From contig JANRLX010000016.1 of the NCBI GenBank assembly GCA_033762115.1, positions 1 to 52,367 on the forward strand: a DNA stretch of 52,367 nt, given 5' to 3'. The DNA comes from Verrucomicrobiota bacterium. GTDB taxonomy: Bacteria; Verrucomicrobiota; Verrucomicrobiia; Limisphaerales; SXQI01. The position numbers and the translations under genes are program-made. The notes below the pieces were generated by a model, which was not told the origin of the DNA, made no database searches, and saw only the letters and a program-made list of their open reading frames with translations. Shown here one piece after another: positions 1 through 9,700 of this stretch; within the stretch, counting starts at the first letter, position 1, and the number at the start of each line of letters is the position of its first letter.

Positions 1-120
1 GATGAGTCCCCCTACAAGGCCTCCACGGGCAGCGCCGCCAATTCCATCTGAGCTAAACAATTGAGCGCGGGCGGGAGCTAATGTTCCTGCGATCAACAGA
101 ACCAGAAGCGTTTTTTTCAT
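1..120 (-). CDS. Secreted glycine-zipper-like protein, 5' part only (runs off the window edge)
   Basis: Manual translation from ATG at 120 gives MKKTLLVLLIAGTLAPARA|QLFSSDGIGGAARGGLVGGLI: a Sec signal peptide (AxA) followed by GxxxG repeats. Not in the ORF track. Confidence 0.7.
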   Translation of the reverse strand, partial: MKKTLLVLLIAGTLAPARAQLFSSDGIGGAARGGLVGGLI

Positions 121-131
121 ACTTATGTGCA

Positions 132-160
132 TTAGACGGGCTGTTGCAGGACCTATTCAC
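132..160 (-). promoter_or_regulatory. Candidate ECF-sigma promoter for the glycine-zipper gene
   Basis: Minus strand reads GTGAAT-N16-CGTCTAA, ending about 11 nt before the ATG. Resembles ECF -35 (GAAC/T) and -10 (CGTC) elements. Confidence 0.35.
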
Positions 161-302
161 ATTCGACCTGACCCGGCAGGAGGAGATCGAATGAAATCAC
201 AGGTATCTGCGGGTGAAAGAGTAGCATCCCTCCAGAAATTTTCAACGAGAGCAACCTGCTTTTAGGCAGCCCGCTTAATCAGCCTGAAAGCTGAGGCAGG
301 GA

Positions 303-1007
303 TTATTCCCGTTTCGCTTCCCAATCCATCGTCCGGTTTTCACCGCTCCAGTCAGAGGTGATTTTGCCTTTAATCTTCCCCGCTTCCAATGTGCCTTCGT
401 AAACTGAAGTTATTGTCTTTCCATCACGCTCCCGTTTCACGGTAAACTTGAGTTTGTTATCACTGAAATTACCCTCTTGAATTGGCGCTTCGGCGATATT
501 GTTCCAGCTTGAAGTCCCGGTCACTTTATTACCTTCCTGTTTCAGCACCACCTTGAGTTCCATACTTTCGCCATCAGGACGAGTGAACGTTGATTTCCAT
601 GTCCCTGTTAAGTTGGAATTAGCGCCCGCCCTTTTGGCTTCCCATTGCCGGGAGCGTGTTTCGCCATCGCGGGAAAACTCTGTTTTGCCTTTTAAGGTGT
701 CTCCATCAATCTCGCCGCTGTAGCTCGTCTTAATCGTATTTCCGTCCCGCTCACGAACAACCACGAAACTGATCTTATTCCCATCGATCTTCCCCTCAGT
801 AATTGGGGACTCATTTCCATCCGCCCTTTTGATGCTGCCGGAAAGCTTGGATCCCTCCTGGTGCAATGTCATGACCGGTTCCATGGTGCGACCGTCCGGT
901 GTCGTATAGGACCATTTCCATATGCCACTGACGTCGGCAGCATCCAGGGGAAGAGCAAAAGCAAGCAGAGCGGTGAGAAAGCAGAATTTTTGAAATTTGG
1001 ATTTCAT
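303..1007 (-). CDS. Secreted hypothetical protein with two tandem ~100-aa all-beta domains
   Basis: Signal peptide MKSKFQKFCFLTALLAFALPLDAA. Two internal repeats each begin xxxGxWK (DVSGIWK / NLTGTWK) and end WEAKR. Start moved to ATG at 1007. Confidence 0.8.
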   Translation of the reverse strand: MKSKFQKFCFLTALLAFALPLDAADVSGIWKWSYTTPDGRTMEPVMTLHQEGSKLSGSIKRADGNESPITEGKIDGNKISFVVVRERDGNTIKTSYSGEIDGDTLKGKTEFSRDGETRSRQWEAKRAGANSNLTGTWKSTFTRPDGESMELKVVLKQEGNKVTGTSSWNNIAEAPIQEGNFSDNKLKFTVKRERDGKTITSVYEGTLEAGKIKGKITSDWSGENRTMDWEAKRE

Positions 1008-1168
1008 AAACTTTAAGACCTGCACGGAGGTGGAAAGATTACAACGTTTAGTGCCAAAAACAAGCCCGTTGCTTCCACTGCCAATCCGTAACCTAACCGT
1101 AACGTTAAAAGAAGTTCCATTCTTTGGTCAAAAGTGTAACGTAATCCTCAGGTCGTCCGGCCTGTATC

Positions 1169-1762
1169 ATGTTGAAGCTTGTTCTCACCTGGATTAACAA
1201 GCCCTGGGCTTTTGAGGTAAAGCCTGGTCTGAATAAACTTGGACGCAATCCCACGAACGATTGTCGCGTTTCAGATGCTTCCGTTTCGAGTTTCCATTGC
1301 GAACTGCTGTATGAAAACGGGGTGGTTTCAATTCGGGATCTCGCTTCGACCAATGGCACATTCGTCGATGGCCAACGGGTGAAAGACGCTGTGCTCATCT
1401 CTGGACAAACCCTTACTTTAGGGGCTGTTTCGCTTCGCCTTGAGGAGGGATTTGTGACCGATGCCTTTTCGCCGCCTCCACAGGAAACCTCCTCGGAAGA
1501 CCACACGACGATGCTCTCTGCATCATTCGAAAAATGTCACATCCACTCGACTGCCAGGGCTGAGTTGCGTTGCGGGAGCTGCGAACGTCTCTTCTGTTCC
1601 GCTTGCGTGACCCGAATGGATGCCGGACGTGGCGAGGAAATTTTCATGTGTCCTGTCTGCACGGGACGATGCCAGTTACTCCATCCTCAATTGTCGGCAG
1701 AGAAAGAAAACCGCTCCCTGATTGGTCGCCTGACACAATCTCTCGGAATGCGGTTAAAATAG
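1169..1762 (+). CDS. FHA-domain protein with a C-terminal B-box-like zinc finger
   Basis: FHA motifs GR (LGRN), SxxH (SSFH) and DLxSTNGT. C-terminal CxxH...CxxC...CxxC...CPxC. Confidence 0.85.
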   Translation: MLKLVLTWINKPWAFEVKPGLNKLGRNPTNDCRVSDASVSSFHCELLYENGVVSIRDLASTNGTFVDGQRVKDAVLISGQTLTLGAVSLRLEEGFVTDAFSPPPQETSSEDHTTMLSASFEKCHIHSTARAELRCGSCERLFCSACVTRMDAGRGEEIFMCPVCTGRCQLLHPQLSAEKENRSLIGRLTQSLGMRLK

Positions 1763-1815
1763 AAATCCCTTCGCAGTCTTCAGCGCTGAGGGAGCAAATT
1801 CGAGAGGTGACACCG

Positions 1816-3204
1816 TTATTTTGCCCCGTTCCCGGTAATCACCACCGGAACGGTTTGCGCCAGGATTTTGATATCGAGCCAAAGGGACCAGTTATCAATG
1901 TATTCAAGGTCCAGGCGAACCCAGTCTTTGAAATCGGTGACGTTGTTACGCCCCTTGATTTGCCAGAGGCAGGTCAGCCCAGGCTTAACACTCAGTCGTC
2001 TACGATGGGCCAGATCATCGAACCGTTTGACCTCATCCACCGGAAGAGGACGAGGCCCGACAAGGCTCATTTCTCCACGCAGGACATTGATCAATTGCGG
2101 TAATTCATCCAGCGAATATTTGCGGAGAAAACGGCCAATGGGTGTGATTCGAGGATCATTGCTGACTTTGAAAACCGGGCCGCTCATTTCGTTGAACTGC
2201 GCCAACTCATCTTTCCGCTGCTCGGCATTGGTAACCATTGAGCGGAATTTCAACATGGTGAACGGCTTCCCATTTAATCCGCTTCTCTGCTGCCGAAAGA
2301 GGATGGGCCCTGGTGACGTTAAACGGATAATCGCCGCAATTAAAAGGAACAGCGGTGCTCCCATGGTCAGCAGAATGATCGCACCTCCAAGATCAATCCC
2401 ATGCTTGATCACCTTTTGCCAGCTTTCTTCCGGAGTGGTGCGGAAAACCAGTAATGGACGACCGTTAAAATCATCAAGAGTGGTTTGAGATACCTTGGTG
2501 CTGAAAAAATCCGCTACCAGCCAGGCCTCGACACCTTCCACCTCGCACGCCTGAATTGCCTTCTCAACCTCCCCGAAAACACTGTGTTTCGCATTAAACA
2601 ATACCGCATTCGCTGAATGGTGATGCAATAGTTCAATAAATTGTTCTGTGGAAGTCTCGTTGATATTAACCTGGGCGACGATTTCAATTCCATCACCGTT
2701 GCTTCCCATTTCCTGGACCAGTTTGCTGGTGTCCTCCCTGGCGCCTGCCAGAATGACACGGCGACGCAACTGCGCCTGTCCATATCGTGACAGCACTGCA
2801 TGGCGCATGATCTCTTCCTTCAAAAGGACCATCAACAGGCTGATTGGGCCGAACAGAATGATTACAGAACGCGCCAACTGTTCCCTGAACAACATGACCG
2901 AAAAGCTCAGGACCAGCACCGCCAGGGTGCAGGACTTCATTAAGATCCAAACACTTTGAGCACGAGATGCCAGCAGGGGCCGATCATAAAATCCCTGTAT
3001 TTCGAGGATAAATGGGATACTTGGGATCAGGATCAAAAAGAGCCAAAGGTAATCCGAGAACGGCTCGATCTGAGGTGTCCCGCCAAAAACCGTGATGCCG
3101 CTGCTTTGTCGCAGTCCATGTGCAAGCCAAAGACTCAGCGCAAAAAGTCCTGCATCCAGAAACTTTGCGATCTGCGCTCGAATTTGTCTTTGTCTCCTGA
3201 GCAT
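1816..3204 (-). CDS. Exopolysaccharide polyprenyl glycosylphosphotransferase (WcaJ/WbaP-family priming sugar transferase)
   Basis: N-terminal TM helices. Bac_transf motifs KFRSM, DPRITPIGRFLRKYSLDELPQL, GEMSLVGPRP and KPGLT. Confidence 0.93.
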   Translation of the reverse strand: MLRRQRQIRAQIAKFLDAGLFALSLWLAHGLRQSSGITVFGGTPQIEPFSDYLWLFLILIPSIPFILEIQGFYDRPLLASRAQSVWILMKSCTLAVLVLSFSVMLFREQLARSVIILFGPISLLMVLLKEEIMRHAVLSRYGQAQLRRRVILAGAREDTSKLVQEMGSNGDGIEIVAQVNINETSTEQFIELLHHHSANAVLFNAKHSVFGEVEKAIQACEVEGVEAWLVADFFSTKVSQTTLDDFNGRPLLVFRTTPEESWQKVIKHGIDLGGAIILLTMGAPLFLLIAAIIRLTSPGPILFRQQRSGLNGKPFTMLKFRSMVTNAEQRKDELAQFNEMSGPVFKVSNDPRITPIGRFLRKYSLDELPQLINVLRGEMSLVGPRPLPVDEVKRFDDLAHRRRLSVKPGLTCLWQIKGRNNVTDFKDWVRLDLEYIDNWSLWLDIKILAQTVPVVITGNGAK

Positions 3205-3206
3205 GG

Positions 3207-3986
3207 CTATTTATTCACTGCAAGTGCATCGGGCTGTTTCGGAGTATGATGGGCATTCTGCTGCCCGGCTGTGATTTGAAATTCAGGCAATGTTTGGGCC
3301 ACAAATGATTTGAGCCTGTTAAAGGTCACCTCTTCCTGGCCGGGTTGACAATCAGAGAAATAAATGATGTAAGCCCAGCGCTGAAGTGTCCCTTTTTGCA
3401 CAAGGTCTCTGGCCATCCACCACATTCTTTCGCCGTGGTAAGGGGTGAGTTGGTTTTCAGCGACAAACCAGTAAAGAAATACTCCTTTGCGCACTGCCGG
3501 TTTTCCACCAACTCCTCTGATTGGCATGGACATTGTCATCTTCGTGACTTTCAGATCATAGGGATAGGGCTTCGGAATGGGAACAGTTTCAATTTCCGTT
3601 TCATCAATTGTCCAACCAGACCCTGTCATGCAGTACTGCGGTTTATGAATACTTGTTCTATCAGTCCCCATTAAAACGACATTTACAAAAACACTGAAAC
3701 CATCCCGCGTTGAATAGAGCCGTCGGCCGAAGGTTGTGTCTGGAGGAAGTACCTCGAGTTCTGCCTTGGTAATAGGAAAAGCGCGACTAAGCGTTCCATC
3801 CACTTGCGGAGGTAACCAGACACATTGATTTGCTATTACCTGACCATCTTCCCCTCTAAGCTCCTCCTGAACCACCTTCACTCCCGGAACCCCGAGTTTT
3901 TGAACTGCTTGCAACCTTGTAATCATCGCCGCCGTGAGCGCGATCATCAGGCAAGCTGCCCCAACAATAAATGTCTGTTTATTCAT
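3207..3986 (-). CDS. epsI: Exosortase-associated EpsI-family protein
   Basis: N-terminal membrane anchor, SIHKPQYC (HxPxxC) and YWF motifs. Overlaps the exosortase stop codon (ATGA). Confidence 0.8.
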   Translation of the reverse strand: MNKQTFIVGAACLMIALTAAMITRLQAVQKLGVPGVKVVQEELRGEDGQVIANQCVWLPPQVDGTLSRAFPITKAELEVLPPDTTFGRRLYSTRDGFSVFVNVVLMGTDRTSIHKPQYCMTGSGWTIDETEIETVPIPKPYPYDLKVTKMTMSMPIRGVGGKPAVRKGVFLYWFVAENQLTPYHGERMWWMARDLVQKGTLQRWAYIIYFSDCQPGQEEVTFNRLKSFVAQTLPEFQITAGQQNAHHTPKQPDALAVNK

Positions 3987-4993
3987 GCTGGCTGCTCAAT
4001 CACCCTGGAATTTTTCATCGAGGAAGTTTCCCGATCGCGAAGCACCCAGCCCATGAACATCAACCCACCAATGGCCGGGAGATAAGGTAACATGCTGAAC
4101 CATGAATTATCATGAACCAGATTGCCATATTTTTGCCCGAATGCTTCTGCCACGATGATGATTGTCGTCAGACGAACAATGTTTCCTGCCAGGGCCAAGG
4201 GAAATGCTGCCAAAATAACCAAAGCTCGTTTACCGGCCGATTGAAACGTCATGAAACCGTAAATGGTTGCCAGGGCCACAATTGCGGTAAGACTGCGCAA
4301 TCCACTGCAAGCAGCGGCAACTTCATATTGAAAGGTGCCATCGGCGGAAAAAATCTGGGTGCCTCGTTGGATTAAATTGATCCCCAGAATGGTATCACAA
4401 ATGAAACTGGAAAATTTCGTAGCCACTAACCGAAGTGGGAACGTGATCAATTCAGATAAAGTCCCCAGAGGAACACAGAAGGCAAAAAGAAAAAACGGGA
4501 AAAAGATTGCTCGTAACATCCCAGCCCCCCAGGTCACGCCAATAATTCCATAAAGGCAAAGAAAAAAGGCAATGATCGATATTCTTGCCTGCTGCACCAG
4601 AAAGCCCGTTAAATGCAGAAGAAGGCCCGCTGCAAGGATCAGCAATCCAGGCCCCCAGTTTCGCTTGTGCACAGCTGTGATTTCCGCCCGTTTCCACCAG
4701 AGCAACCCCAACACAACCCATGGAATCAAATAACCGTGACTATCATCCTCATTAACTTCATAGGCCCACATCGTCCAGTTGAACAGGGAACGACTTTGTA
4801 AATATCCCATGGTGGAGTTGCCATAGAATTCAAAAAGCAGCACGACCATCCATAACAGGAGGAGGAACATTGGGATGGATGGGGTCTTTGCAATGATGCC
4901 TCTCATTTCCGAGAGGACGTTCATGCAAGCATTCCTGATTTCCTCCAGCAACCCCGGCTTCCCGATTGTTTGCTCTCCTGAAAAGTCACTCAT
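3983..4993 (-). CDS. Exosortase (EpsH/Xrt-family transpeptidase)
   Basis: Multi-TM protein with SHGYLIP, catalytic VAAACSGLRSL, NIVR (Arg) and VHD (His). Confidence 0.92.
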   Translation of the reverse strand: MSDFSGEQTIGKPGLLEEIRNACMNVLSEMRGIIAKTPSIPMFLLLLWMVVLLFEFYGNSTMGYLQSRSLFNWTMWAYEVNEDDSHGYLIPWVVLGLLWWKRAEITAVHKRNWGPGLLILAAGLLLHLTGFLVQQARISIIAFFLCLYGIIGVTWGAGMLRAIFFPFFLFAFCVPLGTLSELITFPLRLVATKFSSFICDTILGINLIQRGTQIFSADGTFQYEVAAACSGLRSLTAIVALATIYGFMTFQSAGKRALVILAAFPLALAGNIVRLTTIIIVAEAFGQKYGNLVHDNSWFSMLPYLPAIGGLMFMGWVLRDRETSSMKNSRVIEQPA

Positions 4994-5301
4994 ATTGGCC
5001 GATCGGCTGCTCGTCCATTAAAGGAGCAAGTATATCCATTGAGTTCATCCATTCGCAATCAGTTTTCCTCTTCTTTCAATCTATTGAGCTTCATCTCAAC
5101 CTCTTTTCAAGTTGACAGCACTGTGTGGGGTTTGTTCAGATGCAACACATTACCGTGCTGAATGGATCAAAGGTGATTGCCTTTGATCTTGAACCATGAC
5201 TCAGAGGATCAGTAAACTCGTACAATCGCATCAGCCTCCAACAGGCTGAGAGATTCCCTCACATTTAACCACTTTCAGAAAACAAACTACCTCAACAAAC
5301 T

Positions 5302-6936
5302 ATGGATAATGGTATCACTCCAAATGCAAAACGGCTCTTGTGGGCTGGTTTCATGGCCATTCTGGCCGCTGGTGTCGGCTTCGGAATACGTGGCGGTATT
5401 CTTGATAACTGGGGTGCCCAGTTCGGCTTTACCGCAGGGGAACTCGGCGCGATCGGCGGCGCCGGATTTACAGGATTTTGCTTTGGTATCATTGTCGGCG
5501 GGGTCATTGCCGATAAGATCGGATATGGCAAATTGATCATTGCTGCATTCGCGTTTCATGCCTTATCTGCTTTCGTCACCTTTGCCGCGCGCGAAGGGAT
5601 GCCAAAAGAGGCTGCCTATAACTATCTTTATTGGGGCACATTTATTTTTGCGCTTGCAAACGGCACATTGGAAGCGGTTGCCAACCCGCTTGTGGCAACA
5701 TTATTTCCCCACAATCGCACCCACTACCTGAATATCCTTCACGCAAGCTGGCCAGCTGGTCTCGTCATTGGTGGCGCGGCAGGATGGATTCTGGATGACC
5801 AGATGAAATTAAGCTGGAAATTGCAATTGGCCCTTTTCCTTATTCCTACTGTCATTTACGGCTTGATGTTCCTCGGCCAGAAAATGCCCAAATCTGAAGC
5901 TTCCGAAAAAGGCCTCAGCCTGGGTGAAATGTTCAAGGATGTTGGGATATTGGGAGGCCTGGTTATCTGCTTCCTTCTCTCCCTCTTCTTCTCAAATGCG
6001 CTCAAGCTTCCTCCTGTTATTGCTTACGGAATCGGCGCGGCATGCTTGATCGCGATTGGTGTCATCACCCGCTTCTCAATGGGAGCGGTGCTGCTCTTTG
6101 TTCTTTTTGTGGTCCATGCGATGATCGGCGCTGTCGAACTTGGGACAGATGGCTGGATTCAAAATATCACAGGAAATATCCTCACGTCAGAGCAGGGCAA
6201 AATTCTCTTCGTTTTCACCTCTTTGTTGATGTTCGCGCTTCGTTTCTGCGGTCACTTCATTGAAAAACGGATCGGCCTCTCCCCTATCGGGATTCTGTTA
6301 GTCTGCTCGATTTTCGGCTTTGTCGGATTAAACATGGTCAGCCGAATCGAAACTTTCGTGGGCGCGATGGCGGCTCTGGCAGTGTATGCCGTCGGAAAAA
6401 CATTTTTCTGGCCTACCATGCTGGCCGTTGCCAGCGACAGGTTCCCCCGAACCGGCGCAGTTGCCATCAGTATCATGGGTGGCATTGGAATGATGTCCGC
6501 GGGTTTGATCGGCTCCCAGGGACTTGGTTACGCCAAGGACCGTTTTGCCGGTGAAGCGTTGCAATCCGCCAACCCCGCCCTGTTTGCCACCTACAAGGCA
6601 GAATCTCCAACCAAGTTCCTTATGTTTGAACCGGTTTACGGCTTGGATGGGAAAAAATTGGGAGAAGTCACCACTGCCTTACAGGCTGCCCAAAAAGAAA
6701 TGCCCGATAATTTGAAAGGAGCCGTGGATAAGCTCGCTCCTGAGCAGCGTACCGTCTATCAGGCCAGTATCACAGGCGACCGGCGCACTCTGGTTGCTGA
6801 CTCATTCATTCCCGCCACCATGGGTATCATCTACCTGGGCATTCTGCTTTATTTCAAAGGAATCGGTGGTTACAAAACGGTCCATATCGATGGTGAGAAA
6901 CTCACCGGCGGTATCAAGGGACCGGTTCAGGCGTAA
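5302..6936 (+). CDS. MFS transporter, substrate unknown
   Basis: About 12-14 hydrophobic helices and MFS motif A-like [12 protein letters not shown]. Confidence 0.88.
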   Translation: MDNGITPNAKRLLWAGFMAILAAGVGFGIRGGILDNWGAQFGFTAGELGAIGGAGFTGFCFGIIVGGVIADKIGYGKLIIAAFAFHALSAFVTFAAREGMPKEAAYNYLYWGTFIFALANGTLEAVANPLVATLFPHNRTHYLNILHASWPAGLVIGGAAGWILDDQMKLSWKLQLALFLIPTVIYGLMFLGQKMPKSEASEKGLSLGEMFKDVGILGGLVICFLLSLFFSNALKLPPVIAYGIGAACLIAIGVITRFSMGAVLLFVLFVVHAMIGAVELGTDGWIQNITGNILTSEQGKILFVFTSLLMFALRFCGHFIEKRIGLSPIGILLVCSIFGFVGLNMVSRIETFVGAMAALAVYAVGKTFFWPTMLAVASDRFPRTGAVAISIMGGIGMMSAGLIGSQGLGYAKDRFAGEALQSANPALFATYKAESPTKFLMFEPVYGLDGKKLGEVTTALQAAQKEMPDNLKGAVDKLAPEQRTVYQASITGDRRTLVADSFIPATMGIIYLGILLYFKGIGGYKTVHIDGEKLTGGIKGPVQA

Positions 6937-6952
6937 CCGCGAAACTGCTTTC

Positions 6953-6980
6953 AAAGGGCGGCTTAGGCCGCCCTTTTTTA
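6953..6980 (+). terminator. Rho-independent terminator after the MFS gene
   Basis: AAAGGGCGGC-TTAG-GCCGCCCTTT followed by TTTATTTT. Confidence 0.8.
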
Positions 6981-6988
6981 TTTTCCGA

Positions 6989-8089
6989 ATGCAACTGATC
7001 CCACCACCCCGATTTCCCCGGTTGGCGAGGATTTTGGAAGATGATTGGGGGAACCGGCGTCATATCGGGGCGCAATTTTATATTCAGCTCTCCGATAAAC
7101 CAGTTCTCGAACTCGCCTATGGAGATAATGGGAATGGCCAACCGCTCTCGTCTGAATCCCGCATGCCGTGGCTTTCAGCGGGAAAACCGCTTACCGCCCT
7201 GTTAATCAATCAATTGATCGAATCAGGCGCATTGAAACTTGATTCAACCGTTTCGCATTACCTCCCTCTCTTTGCCCATGGCGGTAAGAACGAAATTACC
7301 ATTCGCCATTTGTTGACGCATACGGGCGGATTTCGGTCGGCTGACCGGCTGCCTGAATCGTTGGATTGGAACGAAACCATTCAACAAATTTGTCAAACCC
7401 CTCTTGAAAGCGGCTGGATTCCCGGTCAAAAAGGTGGTTACCACATTTCAAGCAGTTGGTTCATCCTGGCCGAACTGGCGCAAAAAATCGCTGGCGTTCC
7501 ATTCCATGAACTAATCCATCAACGGGTGCTTGTTCCATTGGGTTTGATGGAAACGGGATTCACCCTTCAGGACTGGAATGCTCGTGAGGTCAGGATGCAC
7601 ATTACCGCCGGTCAGCTTCCCGCACCCCATCCATTGCTGAACGACCTTTCCATCACAAGAAATATCAGGCCCGGCAGCAGCGCCAGGGGACCAGCCAGGG
7701 AGCTTGCCAAATTTTACTTTGAACTTCTCAAAGCGTGTCATGACGAAACCAGGATTATTAAATCAGAAACGGCTTTGGCAATGACCTCTCGTCAACGGAA
7801 TGGCATCTATGATCAGACTTTTATGCACGTCGTTGATTTCGGCTTGGGTGTGCTGATCAATTCCAATCGTTATGGCGCAGAGACAGTCCCATACAGCTTT
7901 GGGCGTCACGCTTCCGAAGCAACATTTGGGCATGGAGGTGCCCAATGTGCTGCTGGATTTGCTGATCCGGACAAAAAACTGGCGGTCGCCTGGATTCTGA
8001 ATGGCATGGCAGGGGAACGTCTCCACAATCGCAGAGCCCGCGAGATTAATTCCGCAATTTATGAGGATCTGTTCGAGATCTCCTCTTGA
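6989..8089 (+). CDS. Serine hydrolase, beta-lactamase/EstA-like family
   Basis: SxxK (SAGK), ITIRHLLTHTGG, PG..GYH and FGHGG. No signal peptide. Start placed at ATG 6989, because the upstream ORF extension overlaps the MFS gene and its terminator. Confidence 0.85.
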   Translation: MQLIPPPRFPRLARILEDDWGNRRHIGAQFYIQLSDKPVLELAYGDNGNGQPLSSESRMPWLSAGKPLTALLINQLIESGALKLDSTVSHYLPLFAHGGKNEITIRHLLTHTGGFRSADRLPESLDWNETIQQICQTPLESGWIPGQKGGYHISSSWFILAELAQKIAGVPFHELIHQRVLVPLGLMETGFTLQDWNAREVRMHITAGQLPAPHPLLNDLSITRNIRPGSSARGPARELAKFYFELLKACHDETRIIKSETALAMTSRQRNGIYDQTFMHVVDFGLGVLINSNRYGAETVPYSFGRHASEATFGHGGAQCAAGFADPDKKLAVAWILNGMAGERLHNRRAREINSAIYEDLFEISS

Positions 8090-8103
8090 GGAGGTGATTG
8101 TTC

Positions 8104-8439
8104 CTATGGTTGGGGAAATGAGTTCGAGTTCGTCGTCACCGGTTCGAAGTAGATGATAGTTTCACCGGTTCTGGCATAGCCAAGTCGTTCGCGAGCGGTT
8201 CGCTCCAGGGTTTTGGGGTCGTTCCGCAACGCTCGGATTGCGTTTTCCAGTTGCCTGCGCGCTTTTTCCTCCTCTTTAACCTGCTGCTCCAGGTTATGGA
8301 TTTCCTTGCGCATGCGTTCGTTCTGCTGGATCAGGGGCAAATACCAAAAGGCCACCGCCAGAAGGGCGGCAACGACTAGAAGTAAGATGATCAGCCTGGT
8401 CAGCTTATGCCATATCCCCAGGTCAACTTGCTGCTGCAT
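8104..8439 (-). CDS. Septum formation initiator family protein (FtsB/DivIC-like)
   Basis: Single TM helix, a coiled coil, then DPKTLERTARERLGYARTGETI. Confidence 0.85.
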   Translation of the reverse strand: MQQQVDLGIWHKLTRLIILLLVVAALLAVAFWYLPLIQQNERMRKEIHNLEQQVKEEEKARRQLENAIRALRNDPKTLERTARERLGYARTGETIIYFEPVTTNSNSFPQP

Positions 8440-8479
8440 GTCAGGTGAGAATAATTCTCACAGGGAAAATGGCGACTGA

Positions 8480-8827
8480 TTACTTCAAGACTCTTTTGTG
8501 ACCCGCGAGACGTCCCTCCTTATCAAAAGAGAGCCGGATAAAAGCGTCTGGTGATCCGGGATCAGGCATTACATGAACGTACCTTCGACCATAGAAGAAC
8601 CCGCCGCCAGAACTGCCGGACCGGCCACGATAAGTCAACCATTCGGCCACACGAGAACCATCTGATAATTCAGCAATTTTATCAGGAGGCCCCAGTTCCA
8701 GAACGGCCTGGTCATAAGTGTAATTTCCGATGCGGCTTTCCCAATCAATCTTTGGACCGGTGGCACATCCGGAAACCAGACCCAGACAAATAAAAGCAAT
8801 CAGCAGTGCCATCCCACGTAAATTCAT
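8480..8827 (-). CDS. Hypothetical lipoprotein
   Basis: Lipobox LVSGC after a hydrophobic stretch, and YDQAVLELGPPDK (SmpA/BamE-like LGxP motif). Confidence 0.75.
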   Translation of the reverse strand: MNLRGMALLIAFICLGLVSGCATGPKIDWESRIGNYTYDQAVLELGPPDKIAELSDGSRVAEWLTYRGRSGSSGGGFFYGRRYVHVMPDPGSPDAFIRLSFDKEGRLAGHKRVLK

Positions 8828-8940
8828 AACGGTAAATTTACCAAAACAGAAAGGTTCTGCTGCACTTTTTTACAAAAAAAGAATTCAGGGAAAGCCTCAC
8901 GTTGCGGATTCGATTGAATGCCGTGAACTTTTTCTTATCT

Positions 8941-9696
8941 ATGAAAACATTTTCCTTTTTTGCGATTGGATGTGCCCTGGCAATTGCCTCGGCCAATGGA
9001 CAGTCAGGAGCAGCGGGCGGCGGTACGTCTGCCGGTGCAACATCTGGGACGGGTAGCAGCGTGGGGGCTGGCGCAGGGCGGGTTGGAGGTGCCACTCCAA
9101 ATGCCGGTGCGGGTCGGATAGGGTCCGGAGCAGTTGGCACAGGTCGAATCGGGGTAGGAACCGGGACCTCCGTGACGCCCGGAACTCCCGGGGTTGGGAC
9201 CTCCAGCAGCGGGAGCAGTGCAGTGGGAACAGGCAGCAGCACGACCCAGGATCCTGCATTGAACGGGACTACGGTTCCCAATGGAACGGGAATTGGAGCA
9301 GGCACCACTGTGAACGGAAGTGGAACTCTGAACTCACTCGGGCGTCCCGGCACGGTAAGTACCGGACAGGGAACTCTCTCCGGCGCTTCCCCAGGTTCTG
9401 GGAACAGCATTGGTCAACCACTGACATCTCCGACTCCAGGTGTGATTCAGCCATCACCCGCGGGAACCACATTTTCTCGTCCCATTGGAACGAACCTTCC
9501 AGGTGCGCAAGTGCTGACGAACCAGGCGGGCACCAACAATTCCGGAGTATTTCCTCCCGGCACTCCTGTCGGACGGGTCCTCGCTCCCACCAGTTTCCCT
9601 CCCGGCACTCCCCTGAATGGGGAAATCCTGCGAGGCCAGCCGTTAGCGACCAATAATCCAACCGGTTCCGGAGTAACGACAACTCCACGACAATAA
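8941..9696 (+). CDS. Secreted Gly/Thr/Ser/Pro-rich low-complexity protein
   Basis: MKTFSFFAIGCALAIASANG signal peptide from ATG 8941. The mature part is almost all G/T/S/P/A/V/N with short imperfect repeats. Confidence 0.7.
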   Translation: MKTFSFFAIGCALAIASANGQSGAAGGGTSAGATSGTGSSVGAGAGRVGGATPNAGAGRIGSGAVGTGRIGVGTGTSVTPGTPGVGTSSSGSSAVGTGSSTTQDPALNGTTVPNGTGIGAGTTVNGSGTLNSLGRPGTVSTGQGTLSGASPGSGNSIGQPLTSPTPGVIQPSPAGTTFSRPIGTNLPGAQVLTNQAGTNNSGVFPPGTPVGRVLAPTSFPPGTPLNGEILRGQPLATNNPTGSGVTTTPRQ

Positions 9697-9700
9697 TATT

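Noticed and set aside
1039..1058. Minus-strand TTGGCAC resembling a sigma54 -24 element
   Set aside because: There is no GC at the required N10 spacing (the sequence reads GTTGT).
8838..9410. 190-aa Pro/Val-rich minus-strand ORF
   Set aside because: It is the mirror frame of the Gly-rich gene. The plus-strand ORF has a clear signal peptide.
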